NCBI GenBank assembly: GCA_044345155.1
Contig: JBIJBP010000001.1
Location: 58,800-122,799 of the forward strand
Source: Prosthecobacter sp.
Lineage (GTDB): Bacteria > Verrucomicrobiota > Verrucomicrobiia > Verrucomicrobiales > Verrucomicrobiaceae
Direction: 5' to 3'
DNA: 64,000 bases
How positions within the stretch are numbered: the first letter of the stretch is position 1; each line of letters opens with the position of its first letter. Made by a program: the position numbers and the translations under genes. Below, piece after piece: positions 55,013-63,531 of this stretch. The notes beneath the pieces are model-generated. The model saw nothing but the letters and a program-made list of their open reading frames with translations, ran no database searches and was not told the DNA's origin.

Positions 55013-57679
55013 TCAGGAAACCATGCGGGAAAGCTCCCTGGCGATCAAGGTAATCTTATCCCTCAGGCCAAGGGTGGGTTCGGCATCGTGCAGGACACCC
55101 AGAATGGCCCGGTCTGGAAAGCAGAAGGTCATCAGTCGGTCGCCGGAGTTCATCGTGAAGGTCTCGGCACCATCGATGCCGATCAGCGGGGCGAGTGTTC
55201 TAAGGTGCTGGGCGAGCTGGGTCGCCTGCTTTTGGAACTCACGGGCCTGCGGCTTGTGGGCGCCGACATGCGAGATGGCCCTGCCGTCATGCAGGCAGAC
55301 GCAGGCGGCGATGCCCGGCAGCCTGCAAGTAAGCTCCACCACCTTCTGCGGTTCCAGGTCTGAGTCGGTGTCCAGCAGGGCGCGAAGCACGATCTGATCA
55401 GGATCCGCGTCATGGGCCTGCACCCCGACATTCGAAGAACTGCCGTTGGCAGCTGCACGGGGCAGCGGAGGAGGCGAGGGTTTCCGAGGACGCGGCGGCT
55501 CTTCCTCCACCGGCACCGGCGGCAGCACTTCATCAAATTTCGGCGCGATGAAGGGACGGGTGGCAGGTGACGCCACCCAGCCCCGATCAGGTTCAGCAGG
55601 CTCGTCCAGAAGGGGCTTTACTGTAGGTAGCTCGATGAGCGGCGCCTCCTTAGCCAGAGGGAAAACCGGAGACTCACCCACTGCGCTGGTGACCGCCGCT
55701 TCGTTCCAGCTTGCAGTGGAGCTGGAGACGCGGCCCAGCAGTTGATCACTGCCAAATCCATCGCCGCAGGATCTTCCCTCCTCGGCAGCCTGGGACGTGT
55801 TTCCGGAGGCTGGCGTCAACAGGGACGGAACCGGGACCGCCATCGGAACTTCCTGCTGCATCGGGCTGCCGGCCATGAAGTCCTGGAGCTTGGAAGCCGG
55901 AGGCGTTCCCATACCAGCGCCAAAGGGAGATGCGGCTGATGCCGCAGGAACCGAGAACGGATCCTTGGCGGCGGGTGCAAACAGCGGCTTCGAGGCAGTG
56001 GAGGGCACCAGAAAGGGCGAGGGTGACTCGTTTTCAACTGCCTGCGGGGAAAACACGGGGCCTGGTGCCGCAGGACTCAGCGGCATCGACGGCTGCGGCG
56101 GCGTGAAAGATGTTGGAGGCGCGGAGGGCTCGACCCTCATCGCTCCACCCGTAGGAGTCCCGAAGGTAGGCGCAGGCTTGGGAGCGGCATTGAGGGAACC
56201 GGTTCCGAGGTTGGTCAGGCTCGGCAGGGAGGGCGGGGCGTTGTTGCCGGCAAGGGCCTGCTGAAGAACCCCTGGATCAACCCTTAGCTGAAAGTCGCGT
56301 TTGGCCGTGTTCAATACGTTGCGGAAACCCACGTCCGTGATGCCGTCCACGAGCAGGCCAAGCTCAGCCAGCGGGTTTGGTGAAAGCGCCAGATCCCTCA
56401 CCACCTGGGACGGCAGAGCCGTGGTGATCCAGCCAGGCACCACCATGGGATCAAAACCAAGCTCGGCGACACTGTATCCCTTCAACAAACCTGCCATGGC
56501 GACTCTGACCATTCCGCCTCCCATGGCTAGGGAAGGAGCAGAAGCGGCCGTTCCAAAAGTTGGCAGGCCAGGGTCAGCGGCAGGACCAGGACCGGCGGAG
56601 GAAACGGCAGAAGCAGGCGAGGCTTCCATCCCGGAAGGGTCGACGGGAATCGCTTTGCCGCCAAACACAGCGGCAAAAGGAGAACCTGCCGTCGGGGGCT
56701 GTGGATTTGGAGTTTCCTGTCTGGAAGACGAAGCCGGGACAAAAGGCGAGGCGGGCACAGGCGCCTGCTGAAAAGGCGACGCAGATTGCTGCACGGAACG
56801 CTGAGGCTGGACGATTGCAGGCTCCACCGGAGGGGCGGCAAAAGGAGACGCCGGCGGCGCGGCCTGCATCGGTGGATTTGTTCCTGCCCCCACTGCAAAT
56901 GGGCTCATGGGAAAAGCCGCCGCCGTTCCATGCACCATGCCGGGCAGAGCCACGTCAGGCGAAACCATCTGACCGACATCCGCAAGCGCTGGAGGAGGCC
57001 CCTGTCTTTTCGGAGGCAGCAGTGTTCCTGTTCCAGTCGGAGCATCGGCGGATGCAAACGGCAGGGCGGCAGGGGTGGCTGCAGAGGCTTCAGAAGGCAT
57101 GGGCGCCATCATGAACGGAGAACCGTTGACCAAAGACTGGGGTGCCGCTGCCTGCAGCTCGGCAACGCCGCCTCTGGAGGCAGCGATCAGATGGGGAAGC
57201 TTTGAAGCCGGAAGAGGCACCAATCGCTGATCCTGGGGTGACACTGGCGTTTGAAACAGCGCCGGACACACCCGGTAGATTTCAAAAACCGGCACGGCGG
57301 CACGACCGCTGCGCAAAGCCTCATCGATCACCTGGCCGGAAACCGCCACGGGATGGTCCGGAGGCAAGGCGCCCGTCCTGGCGAGTTCAGGAGGCAGCTG
57401 CGGCATCACATCACCCACGGTCAACGGAACAGTTGCCGGGCTGGCGGACGACACCGAAAAGGGAGAACCTGACACAGGGCTGGCCACCGCCTGCTCTCCG
57501 GGAGAAGCCTTGAAAAGCGGTCCCCCAAACGGACTGACGGCGTTAAGCGGAAGGGCGGCTTGCATGATGGCGGTAGGCAGGACAGCCGGGCTCGTGCCAG
57601 CGGGATCCACCACAGCGCTGCCAGCCTGCTGAGCGGCCTCGTGGCTGTTTGGAAACATGGTGCGGAACGAAAAGCTCAT
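55013..57679 (-). CDS. 888-aa protein: Pro/Ala/Ser-rich, SPF-motif-bearing N-terminal region plus a C-terminal Roadblock/LC7 (MglB-like) domain
   Basis: The last ~125 aa are DQIVLRALLDTDSDLEPQKVVELTCRLPGIAACVCLHDGRAISHVGAH...GIDGAETFTMNSGDRLMTFCFPDRAILGVLHDAEPTLGLRDKITLIARELSRMVS. This follows the Roadblock/LC7 alpha-beta-alpha pattern of MglB. Its stop is separated from the mglA ATG by 1 nt (TGAcATG). Upstream are about 750 aa of low-complexity P/A/S sequence with ten exact SPF tripeptides. Confidence 0.72.
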   Translation of the reverse strand: MSFSFRTMFPNSHEAAQQAGSAVVDPAGTSPAVLPTAIMQAALPLNAVSPFGGPLFKASPGEQAVASPVSGSPFSVSSASPATVPLTVGDVMPQLPPELARTGALPPDHPVAVSGQVIDEALRSGRAAVPVFEIYRVCPALFQTPVSPQDQRLVPLPASKLPHLIAASRGGVAELQAAAPQSLVNGSPFMMAPMPSEASAATPAALPFASADAPTGTGTLLPPKRQGPPPALADVGQMVSPDVALPGMVHGTAAAFPMSPFAVGAGTNPPMQAAPPASPFAAPPVEPAIVQPQRSVQQSASPFQQAPVPASPFVPASSSRQETPNPQPPTAGSPFAAVFGGKAIPVDPSGMEASPASAVSSAGPGPAADPGLPTFGTAASAPSLAMGGGMVRVAMAGLLKGYSVAELGFDPMVVPGWITTALPSQVVRDLALSPNPLAELGLLVDGITDVGFRNVLNTAKRDFQLRVDPGVLQQALAGNNAPPSLPSLTNLGTGSLNAAPKPAPTFGTPTGGAMRVEPSAPPTSFTPPQPSMPLSPAAPGPVFSPQAVENESPSPFLVPSTASKPLFAPAAKDPFSVPAASAASPFGAGMGTPPASKLQDFMAGSPMQQEVPMAVPVPSLLTPASGNTSQAAEEGRSCGDGFGSDQLLGRVSSSTASWNEAAVTSAVGESPVFPLAKEAPLIELPTVKPLLDEPAEPDRGWVASPATRPFIAPKFDEVLPPVPVEEEPPRPRKPSPPPLPRAAANGSSSNVGVQAHDADPDQIVLRALLDTDSDLEPQKVVELTCRLPGIAACVCLHDGRAISHVGAHKPQAREFQKQATQLAQHLRTLAPLIGIDGAETFTMNSGDRLMTFCFPDRAILGVLHDAEPTLGLRDKITLIARELSRMVS

Positions 57680-57887
57680 GGAGCAATCAATCGGAGTCGC
57701 ACGCCCCTGGGTTAGGAGGAAGGTTCTAAACAGGCGCCTGCGGGTAAACTGAAGCGGTTATATTTAACTTTAAATAAATATCAGTATACCTTAAGTCGAG
57801 TCTTTTCTTTGCCCCTCCGCCCTCTTTGCCAACGATTTGACAAGGGCCTCCATGCTCAAAGACGCGGTGTTTTCAGATCCCTACCGT

Positions 57888-60503
57888 TCAGGGCACCAGA
57901 CTGGCATCCCAAGTCCACAGCGGTGTGACAGCGGCAGCCTCCACCCAGCCGCGCAGGTTTTCCGGGGATCCGGGGATTTCGACATAGAGCCAGGGGCCGC
58001 GTGTTTCCAGCGTGCGCACCTGGCTGCCAGGCGGCAGGGAGATCACGGAGCCGCTGGTCACTGTGGCACCAGTATAGGAGTTCACATCAGGCAGGGTGAC
58101 GATGCTGATGTCCTTTACCCGGTCGGGCCCCAGGGGGCGCAAAGCGGCAAAGGTGGACGCCGGGATGATGATGACCAGCCCGATGACACTGGCCACAACC
58201 GGCCAGGAAGACCTGCGGCCGTCGCCGGCAAACACACGCCAGGCCAGGGAGAGGAAAATGAGCCAGACACCAGAGGCCGCGAGGATGAGCCATTCGTTGG
58301 TGCTCAGGTAAAAGCTGGCCAGACGCAGCGGAGATGATTCTCCAAAGCTCAGGTAGCGCGTCCTTTCATGGATGTGGCGAAGGTTCTGCTTCAGTTCGGC
58401 ATTCCTTCCATCGAGAAGCTGGGCGCGCTGATACCAAAGCGCTGCCCGCCCCATGTCACCCTGCCGGTAACGGGCGTGGCCGATGATCTGAAACACCTCC
58501 GCACTGAGGTGCGGTGGCTTCTTTTTCGTCAGCGACTCGGCAAGGTACTGGGCACGGGTGAAGTTGCCCTTCTCGATTTCGGCGACGGCTTGCTGATAGA
58601 CCTCGTCCGGACTTGCTGCGGTCGCCTTCGGAGCCTCGGCAGCCGGCATCGAACCATTCACGAGCAGCAGCGATGTCAGCAGCAAGAGGCTCAGCCGGGA
58701 GAGCGTCTGCCGGAAAAGGGCGGCCAGGGTGCCCAGCATTTCGCGGCGCTCGGCATGCGGCAGGGCAGGCCCGTGGGTTACGGAAAAGTTGGTTGCCTGA
58801 TAGCGGTCAAGAATGTCCTTCAAAGGCCCGGGAGGCACCGGACGACCTGACTGCGCCACCTGGATAAACTGGGCAGCGCCTCTTAGAAACTCCTGATCAT
58901 CCGCACGGGACGCATGAGATTCAAAGGCTTCCCAGGCAACCCGAAGTTCACCGGCACGGCCGGCAAGACGGGATTCCCGGCGGCGGCGCACCACCGCCAG
59001 GGCACAGGCGAACGCAAAGAGCGCCACGGGGGCTCCCTGCAGCGTCCAGAAGCTGCCGCTGCGCAGAAGCAGCGTGCCTGTTGGCGCGAGCCAGCGGGAT
59101 CTGGCGGGAGGCCGGACCAGAATGTCAGTGATGTCTGCCTGAGGATCTGCCACAGGGGGTGGGGCGACTGGCGTTTCGGAGACAGCCTGGGCGCCAGCGG
59201 CACCGGCCGACTCTGCGGCGGCCTTCACCGGAGCGGGCTTCATGTTCAAGGGAATGGGCTCGGTGCGCAGCGTCACGTATTTTTTCTGGGAGGGGCTGAA
59301 GTAGTTCAGCTCAAAGGCGGGCACACTGGCATGAACCGCCTCGGGGACGATCACCTGCGTGTAACCGATCTTGCGCTCAACCGTCGGCGTCTGGTTCTGA
59401 TCCATCGGCCCCTCGATGACAAAGCGCTTGGCAGGGTAGATCTTCCAGCCTCCGGCCGAGACCAGGGCGGGTGTGTTCAGCGCATCAAAGTTTCCAGCAC
59501 CGGCAACCACGAGGTCGACCGAAACGGGGTCGCCGACCGTCAGATCCGTGGGTGAGGCCGAGGCGTTCATCTGGAATTCACCGACGGCTCCGCTGAAGCT
59601 GGCGGGCCTGCCTTCAGACGGAAGCGGCAGCACCTTCAGCGTCACCTGCTGGCTCTTGACCTCCAGCTTTCTCGGCTCGGACATACCTGGGAAGAAACCT
59701 GGCGGGAAGTTCTGCCCGAAGCCAGGAGGGAAAGCTCCGCGCTGCTGACCTTCCATCGGCACCTCGACGAGCAGTTCAAGGTTGGCGGGGCCGACCTTCA
59801 GTTCTCCGGTACGGAGCGAGGAAAGCGTGCTGCGGAAGGTCAGCACATAGTAACCGATGCCGTCGATGACTGTGCTCGACTGCTCATTGGTCTGAGGGAA
59901 GCGGGCGATGGCGAAGTCGCTTTTTTCCATCTCAATCAGCCCCAGCCTGCGAAGCTGCACCTGACGGGGCACATAAAGGCTGACGTTCACCGGCACGACC
60001 TCGCCCTGATAGATCTCCTTCTTGCCCAGCTCAATTTGAAGGATCGGCCGGTTGGCGTCATCCTGGGAAGGATCCTGGTCATTTTTTGGGAAGGCCCCGC
60101 CGCCATTTTCGACGGTGAGCTTGACCTCGTTGGTGGTCAGGTTCTGGCCGTCAACAACCACCGTCTGGGGCGGAATGACAAACTCTCCTGGCTCGGTCGC
60201 CGTGATGCCCCAGGAAAGCTGGATGGAGACGCTCTGACGTCCGTTGATGATCTGGATCTGCTGGGAGGTGCTGACCCCGCTGGTCTGGCCGATCTGCAGA
60301 GGAAAGCGCAGGTTCGGCACGCTGTTCACCTTGCCGTCCTGGACGGTGATGACGTAGTTGATCACCTGGTTGGGGCGGGCGGTGGAGGGCTGCACATAGG
60401 CGCGGATCGTGGCGCCCTGCGCCAGGGAGGAAACGAACAGCACCAGCAGCACGGCCAGCCGGCCGGGAAGCGGGATCGGGAAATGGAAGTCTGCGAAATT
60501 CAT
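57888..60503 (-). CDS. BatD-like oxygen-tolerance protein fused to a BatE-like TPR + SH3 C-terminal module
   Basis: 871 aa. The N-terminal half fits the BatD pattern (IRAYVQPSTARPNQVINYVITVQDG...ATEPGEFVIPPQTVVVDGQNLTTNEVKLTV, repeated Ig-like blocks). TM helices and a TPR segment follow (IEKGNFTRAQYLAESL...GHARYRQGDMGRAALWYQRAQLLD). The end is SH3b-like (GSQVRTLETRGPWLYVEIPGSPENLRGWV). Confidence 0.78.
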   Translation of the reverse strand: MNFADFHFPIPLPGRLAVLLVLFVSSLAQGATIRAYVQPSTARPNQVINYVITVQDGKVNSVPNLRFPLQIGQTSGVSTSQQIQIINGRQSVSIQLSWGITATEPGEFVIPPQTVVVDGQNLTTNEVKLTVENGGGAFPKNDQDPSQDDANRPILQIELGKKEIYQGEVVPVNVSLYVPRQVQLRRLGLIEMEKSDFAIARFPQTNEQSSTVIDGIGYYVLTFRSTLSSLRTGELKVGPANLELLVEVPMEGQQRGAFPPGFGQNFPPGFFPGMSEPRKLEVKSQQVTLKVLPLPSEGRPASFSGAVGEFQMNASASPTDLTVGDPVSVDLVVAGAGNFDALNTPALVSAGGWKIYPAKRFVIEGPMDQNQTPTVERKIGYTQVIVPEAVHASVPAFELNYFSPSQKKYVTLRTEPIPLNMKPAPVKAAAESAGAAGAQAVSETPVAPPPVADPQADITDILVRPPARSRWLAPTGTLLLRSGSFWTLQGAPVALFAFACALAVVRRRRESRLAGRAGELRVAWEAFESHASRADDQEFLRGAAQFIQVAQSGRPVPPGPLKDILDRYQATNFSVTHGPALPHAERREMLGTLAALFRQTLSRLSLLLLTSLLLVNGSMPAAEAPKATAASPDEVYQQAVAEIEKGNFTRAQYLAESLTKKKPPHLSAEVFQIIGHARYRQGDMGRAALWYQRAQLLDGRNAELKQNLRHIHERTRYLSFGESSPLRLASFYLSTNEWLILAASGVWLIFLSLAWRVFAGDGRRSSWPVVASVIGLVIIIPASTFAALRPLGPDRVKDISIVTLPDVNSYTGATVTSGSVISLPPGSQVRTLETRGPWLYVEIPGSPENLRGWVEAAAVTPLWTWDASLVP

Positions 60504-60524
60504 GAATGCTCCGGGGTTTGACGC

Positions 60525-62504
60525 CTACCAGTCCTTGCCCCGCACGGGTTCATCACGGGGCCGGACGATCATGGCCTTCTTCTGGTCATCGGCATAGGTG
60601 CGGAGGAAGGAGCGGGCCTCATTGCGGCTGAAACCGGTGGCATCGTTCTGCTGGTTCTCAGCCATCTCGGCCTCACGGCGTTCACGGGCTGCACGAGCTT
60701 CGGGTGTCTCGTCACGACCACCCTCGCCAGCCTGGAGCTGCCCTTCCTTGTCGTGCTCCTTGCCCTCGCCTTCCCCCTCCTCCTCGCCGTCCTTTTTGCC
60801 AAGGCTTTCCTTGCGGGACTTGTCCTCCTCACCTTCGCCCTCGCCTTCCTCATCGCCGTTGTCGCCCTCCTGCTCGTCACCTTCCTCACCCTTCTGGCCT
60901 TTTTCGCCCTTCTGGCCCTTCTGACCTTTTTTCTTGTCGCCCTTGTTCCCTTTGCCGCCCTGCTGTTGCTGCTGGTTCATCTGCTGCTGCAGATCATCAA
61001 GGCGCTTCTGGACGAAGTCACGGTTCTCACGGACCTCCTTGTTGTCGGGATCAATCGCCAGCGAGGCGTCAAAATGCCTCACGCTGTCACGCCAGGCTTT
61101 CAGCGTGAACTTGGGCTGCTTCGCCAGCGCCTTGTCTCCCTGATCATAGAGGCTGTGAGCCAGGCCGCGATGAGCCTGATTCTGAACCTTGTCATCAGGG
61201 CTTTCCAGCGCCTGGCTGTACCCGGCGACCGCCCTGTCATAGTCCTTGAGCTGAAAGGCCGAGGCGGCCATGCCATAGGCGAAAAGAGGCTTTTGTTGGG
61301 CGCCCGAAGACTGCTTGAGCAATTCCTCGTAACGCTTGACGGCATGATCGAACTCGCCGCGTTTGTAGGCCTCGTGGGCCTCGATGGATTCGGCGTTTTT
61401 CTTTGAACCCAGCACGGATCCGAGGAAGCCTGAATCGGCGGCTCCGGCATCGGGCACAAGCAGCAGGGAGGCCAGCAGGGCGAAGACGGACGGGGTCACG
61501 GGTGTTTTCATGCGGGCGGCGGGTCGGATGATCCAGGCGGCGAAAAGTAACAGCACTCCAATAGACAGCGGCCAGTAAAAACGCTCAATCGGCTTCACGA
61601 TTTCACGGGCGGCGTTGGTCTGGGCCTGAAGGCTGGCAACCAGGCTGCGGACCACGTCGGCCGCCAGCCCCTGCGAACCCAGCCTCAGATAGCGACCGCG
61701 GGTGACGGCGGCGATCTCCTGCAGCGGCTGCGGCTCCAGCCGGGACTTCACGACGTTGCCTTCGCGGTCACGCACAAAATCGCCCGAGCGGTCTGGATCC
61801 GGGTCGGGAATCAGGGCGCCACCCTCGGTGCCCACTCCGACGGTGAGCACCAGGATGTTCTTCTTGGCCGCCTGCTGCGCATAAGCGCTGATCTCGCTGT
61901 CTGGCTCGCCGCCATCACTGAACAGGATCAGGCCATGATTCCTGGCAGGGCTCTTTTCAAAGGTCTCGATGGCGAGCTTCAATGCACGTCCAAGCTCACT
62001 GCCGCCACGGGGGACCGATGTGAAATCAATCGACTGAATGGCCTCCACCACGGCGTCATGATCGGTCGTAAGCGGTGCCTGGAGGTAGGCGTTGCCGGCG
62101 AAGGCGATCAGCCCGACACGGTCATCCTTGAGGGACAGCATCAGGTCCTGGGCGGCAAGCTTGGCGCGCGTCAGGCGGTCGGGAACGACATCGTTGGCGA
62201 GCATGGAGCGCGAGCTGTCGATGGCGATGATGACATTCCGCCCCGACTCCTGCTGCACCACCTTATCCTCATCCCACCAGGGCCTGGCCAGGGCGATGAT
62301 GAAGCAGGCGAGGGCCAGGATCTGGAAGGCGAAGATGAGCCAGGAGCGGCCGCTGGAGACGCCGGAAACCAGGGCGTCGCGCAACCGTGGCGCGGCGAAG
62401 GCCGCCTGAACCTTCCGTGCACGCCAGTCCGCCCAGGCCTTGAAGCCTGCAAGGACAGGCAGGGCAAGAAGCCAGTAGAGGATCTTGGGTGCGAGGAAGG
62501 ACAT
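60525..62504 (-). CDS. BatB-like VWA membrane protein fused to a BatC-like TPR region and a charged low-complexity tail
   Basis: 659 aa. Two N-terminal TM helices. VWA MIDAS is NVIIAIDSSRSM. TPR helices include HEAYKRGEFDHAVKRYEELL and FQLKDYDRAVAGYSQALE. The tail is QQQQQGGKGNKGDKKKGQKGQKGEKGQKGEEGDEQEGDNGDEEGEGEGEEDK. Confidence 0.85.
   Translation of the reverse strand: MSFLAPKILYWLLALPVLAGFKAWADWRARKVQAAFAAPRLRDALVSGVSSGRSWLIFAFQILALACFIIALARPWWDEDKVVQQESGRNVIIAIDSSRSMLANDVVPDRLTRAKLAAQDLMLSLKDDRVGLIAFAGNAYLQAPLTTDHDAVVEAIQSIDFTSVPRGGSELGRALKLAIETFEKSPARNHGLILFSDGGEPDSEISAYAQQAAKKNILVLTVGVGTEGGALIPDPDPDRSGDFVRDREGNVVKSRLEPQPLQEIAAVTRGRYLRLGSQGLAADVVRSLVASLQAQTNAAREIVKPIERFYWPLSIGVLLLFAAWIIRPAARMKTPVTPSVFALLASLLLVPDAGAADSGFLGSVLGSKKNAESIEAHEAYKRGEFDHAVKRYEELLKQSSGAQQKPLFAYGMAASAFQLKDYDRAVAGYSQALESPDDKVQNQAHRGLAHSLYDQGDKALAKQPKFTLKAWRDSVRHFDASLAIDPDNKEVRENRDFVQKRLDDLQQQMNQQQQQGGKGNKGDKKKGQKGQKGEKGQKGEEGDEQEGDNGDEEGEGEGEEDKSRKESLGKKDGEEEGEGEGKEHDKEGQLQAGEGGRDETPEARAARERREAEMAENQQNDATGFSRNEARSFLRTYADDQKKAMIVRPRDEPVRGKDW
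60890..60961 (-). repeat. Imperfect 9-bp (three-codon) tandem repeat inside the BatB/C-like gene
   Basis: Plus-strand units are CCCTTCTGG / CCTTTTTCG / CCCTTCTGG / CCCTTCTGA / CCTTTTTTC / TTGTCGCCC / TTGTTCCCT / TTGCCGCCC. On the coding strand they encode the (K-G-x)n stretch GGKGNKGDKKKGQKGQKGEKGQKG. Confidence 0.65.
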
Positions 62505-62505
62505 G

Positions 62506-63531
62506 TCAGGTGGCCACGGCCATCGGGGCCGCGTTCAGGAAGGTGAAGCGCAGGAGCAGGGCCAGCCCGAGCAGTGAAGCGGCGGCGGCCAGCGGATAGA
62601 AGAAGAGCTCCTCGGTCTCGGAGATGGTGCGCTTCTTGATCTCCTTCTTCTCAAGCTTGTCGATGGTCTCGAAGATGTCGGCAAGGGCGCTGAGGTCCTG
62701 AGCCATGTAAAATGACCCGCCGCCGATGTTCGCCACGGCCTGGAGGGTGGCTTCGTCAAACTCCTGGCGTCCACTGGTGATGACGCGGCCGTTGGGCAGT
62801 GGGATCATGTGAACCCCGGGCGTGCCGATGGCGATGGTGTAAATCTTGATGCCTAGGGTGGCTCCCAGCTTGGCGGCGTCCTGGGGGCTGAGCTTGCCGC
62901 TGTTGTTGGCGCCGTCGGTCAGCAGGATGATGACCTTGCTGGGCACGGTCTCCTTGTCGAGGCGGCGGGCGGCGGCGGCGAGTCCGGAGCCGATGGCCGT
63001 GCCGTCCTCCATGACGCCGGTCTGGACGCGTTCCAGGTTTGACTCCAGCCACTCGCGGTCGAGCGTCATCGGGCAGGGATAATACGGAGCGCCGGCAAAG
63101 GCCACGATGCCGATGCGGTCCGACTTGCGACCGCGGATGAAGTCACGCATCACGCGCTTCGCCGCCGTCAGCCGGTTCACCGGACTGCCACCGATGTAGA
63201 AGTCCTCGATGAGCATCGAGAGCGAAACATCGACGGTGAGGCAGATGGCGATGCCCTCAGTGTTCTCCTCGTCGTGCGAGATGACCTTCTGCGGCCTGGC
63301 GAGCGCGATGATGGCGCAGGCAAGGCTGAGGAGGACAAGCCCGAGGGTGAAGCCGCCACGGGCACTGCGGGTGCGGACGCCCATCTCACGCAGCACGAAG
63401 GCGGTGGAAAAGGCGATCGCAGGCGCCTTCCCGGTCCGCCCACGCCACCAGGCCATGACGGGCAGGAGAAGGAGCAGGAGGAGCCACTCGGGCCGGCCGA
63501 AGATCAGGCTGGGCAGGAAGGGGATGCTCAT
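62506..63531 (-). CDS. BatA-like VWA-domain membrane protein
   Basis: 341 aa. N-terminal TM helices (WLLLLLLLPVMAWW). VWA MIDAS is ICLTVDVSLSM. There is a C-terminal TM helix. Its stop lies 1 nt from the BatB/C start, and its start overlaps the DUF4381 stop (ATGA). Confidence 0.85.
   Translation of the reverse strand: MSIPFLPSLIFGRPEWLLLLLLLPVMAWWRGRTGKAPAIAFSTAFVLREMGVRTRSARGGFTLGLVLLSLACAIIALARPQKVISHDEENTEGIAICLTVDVSLSMLIEDFYIGGSPVNRLTAAKRVMRDFIRGRKSDRIGIVAFAGAPYYPCPMTLDREWLESNLERVQTGVMEDGTAIGSGLAAAARRLDKETVPSKVIILLTDGANNSGKLSPQDAAKLGATLGIKIYTIAIGTPGVHMIPLPNGRVITSGRQEFDEATLQAVANIGGGSFYMAQDLSALADIFETIDKLEKKEIKKRTISETEELFFYPLAAAASLLGLALLLRFTFLNAAPMAVAT

Noticed and set aside
57783-57788. 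TATACT (minus strand) as the -10 box of the mglB-like gene promoter
   Set aside because: There is no acceptable -35 element at 16-18 bp spacing, and PVC promoter consensus is uncertain. It is mentioned only as part of the AT-rich spacer.
60750-60961. Short periodic repeats considered as a possible CRISPR or VNTR locus
   Set aside because: The periodicity is 9 bp, in frame, inside a long ORF encoding a K/G/E low-complexity tail. There is no repeat-spacer organisation.
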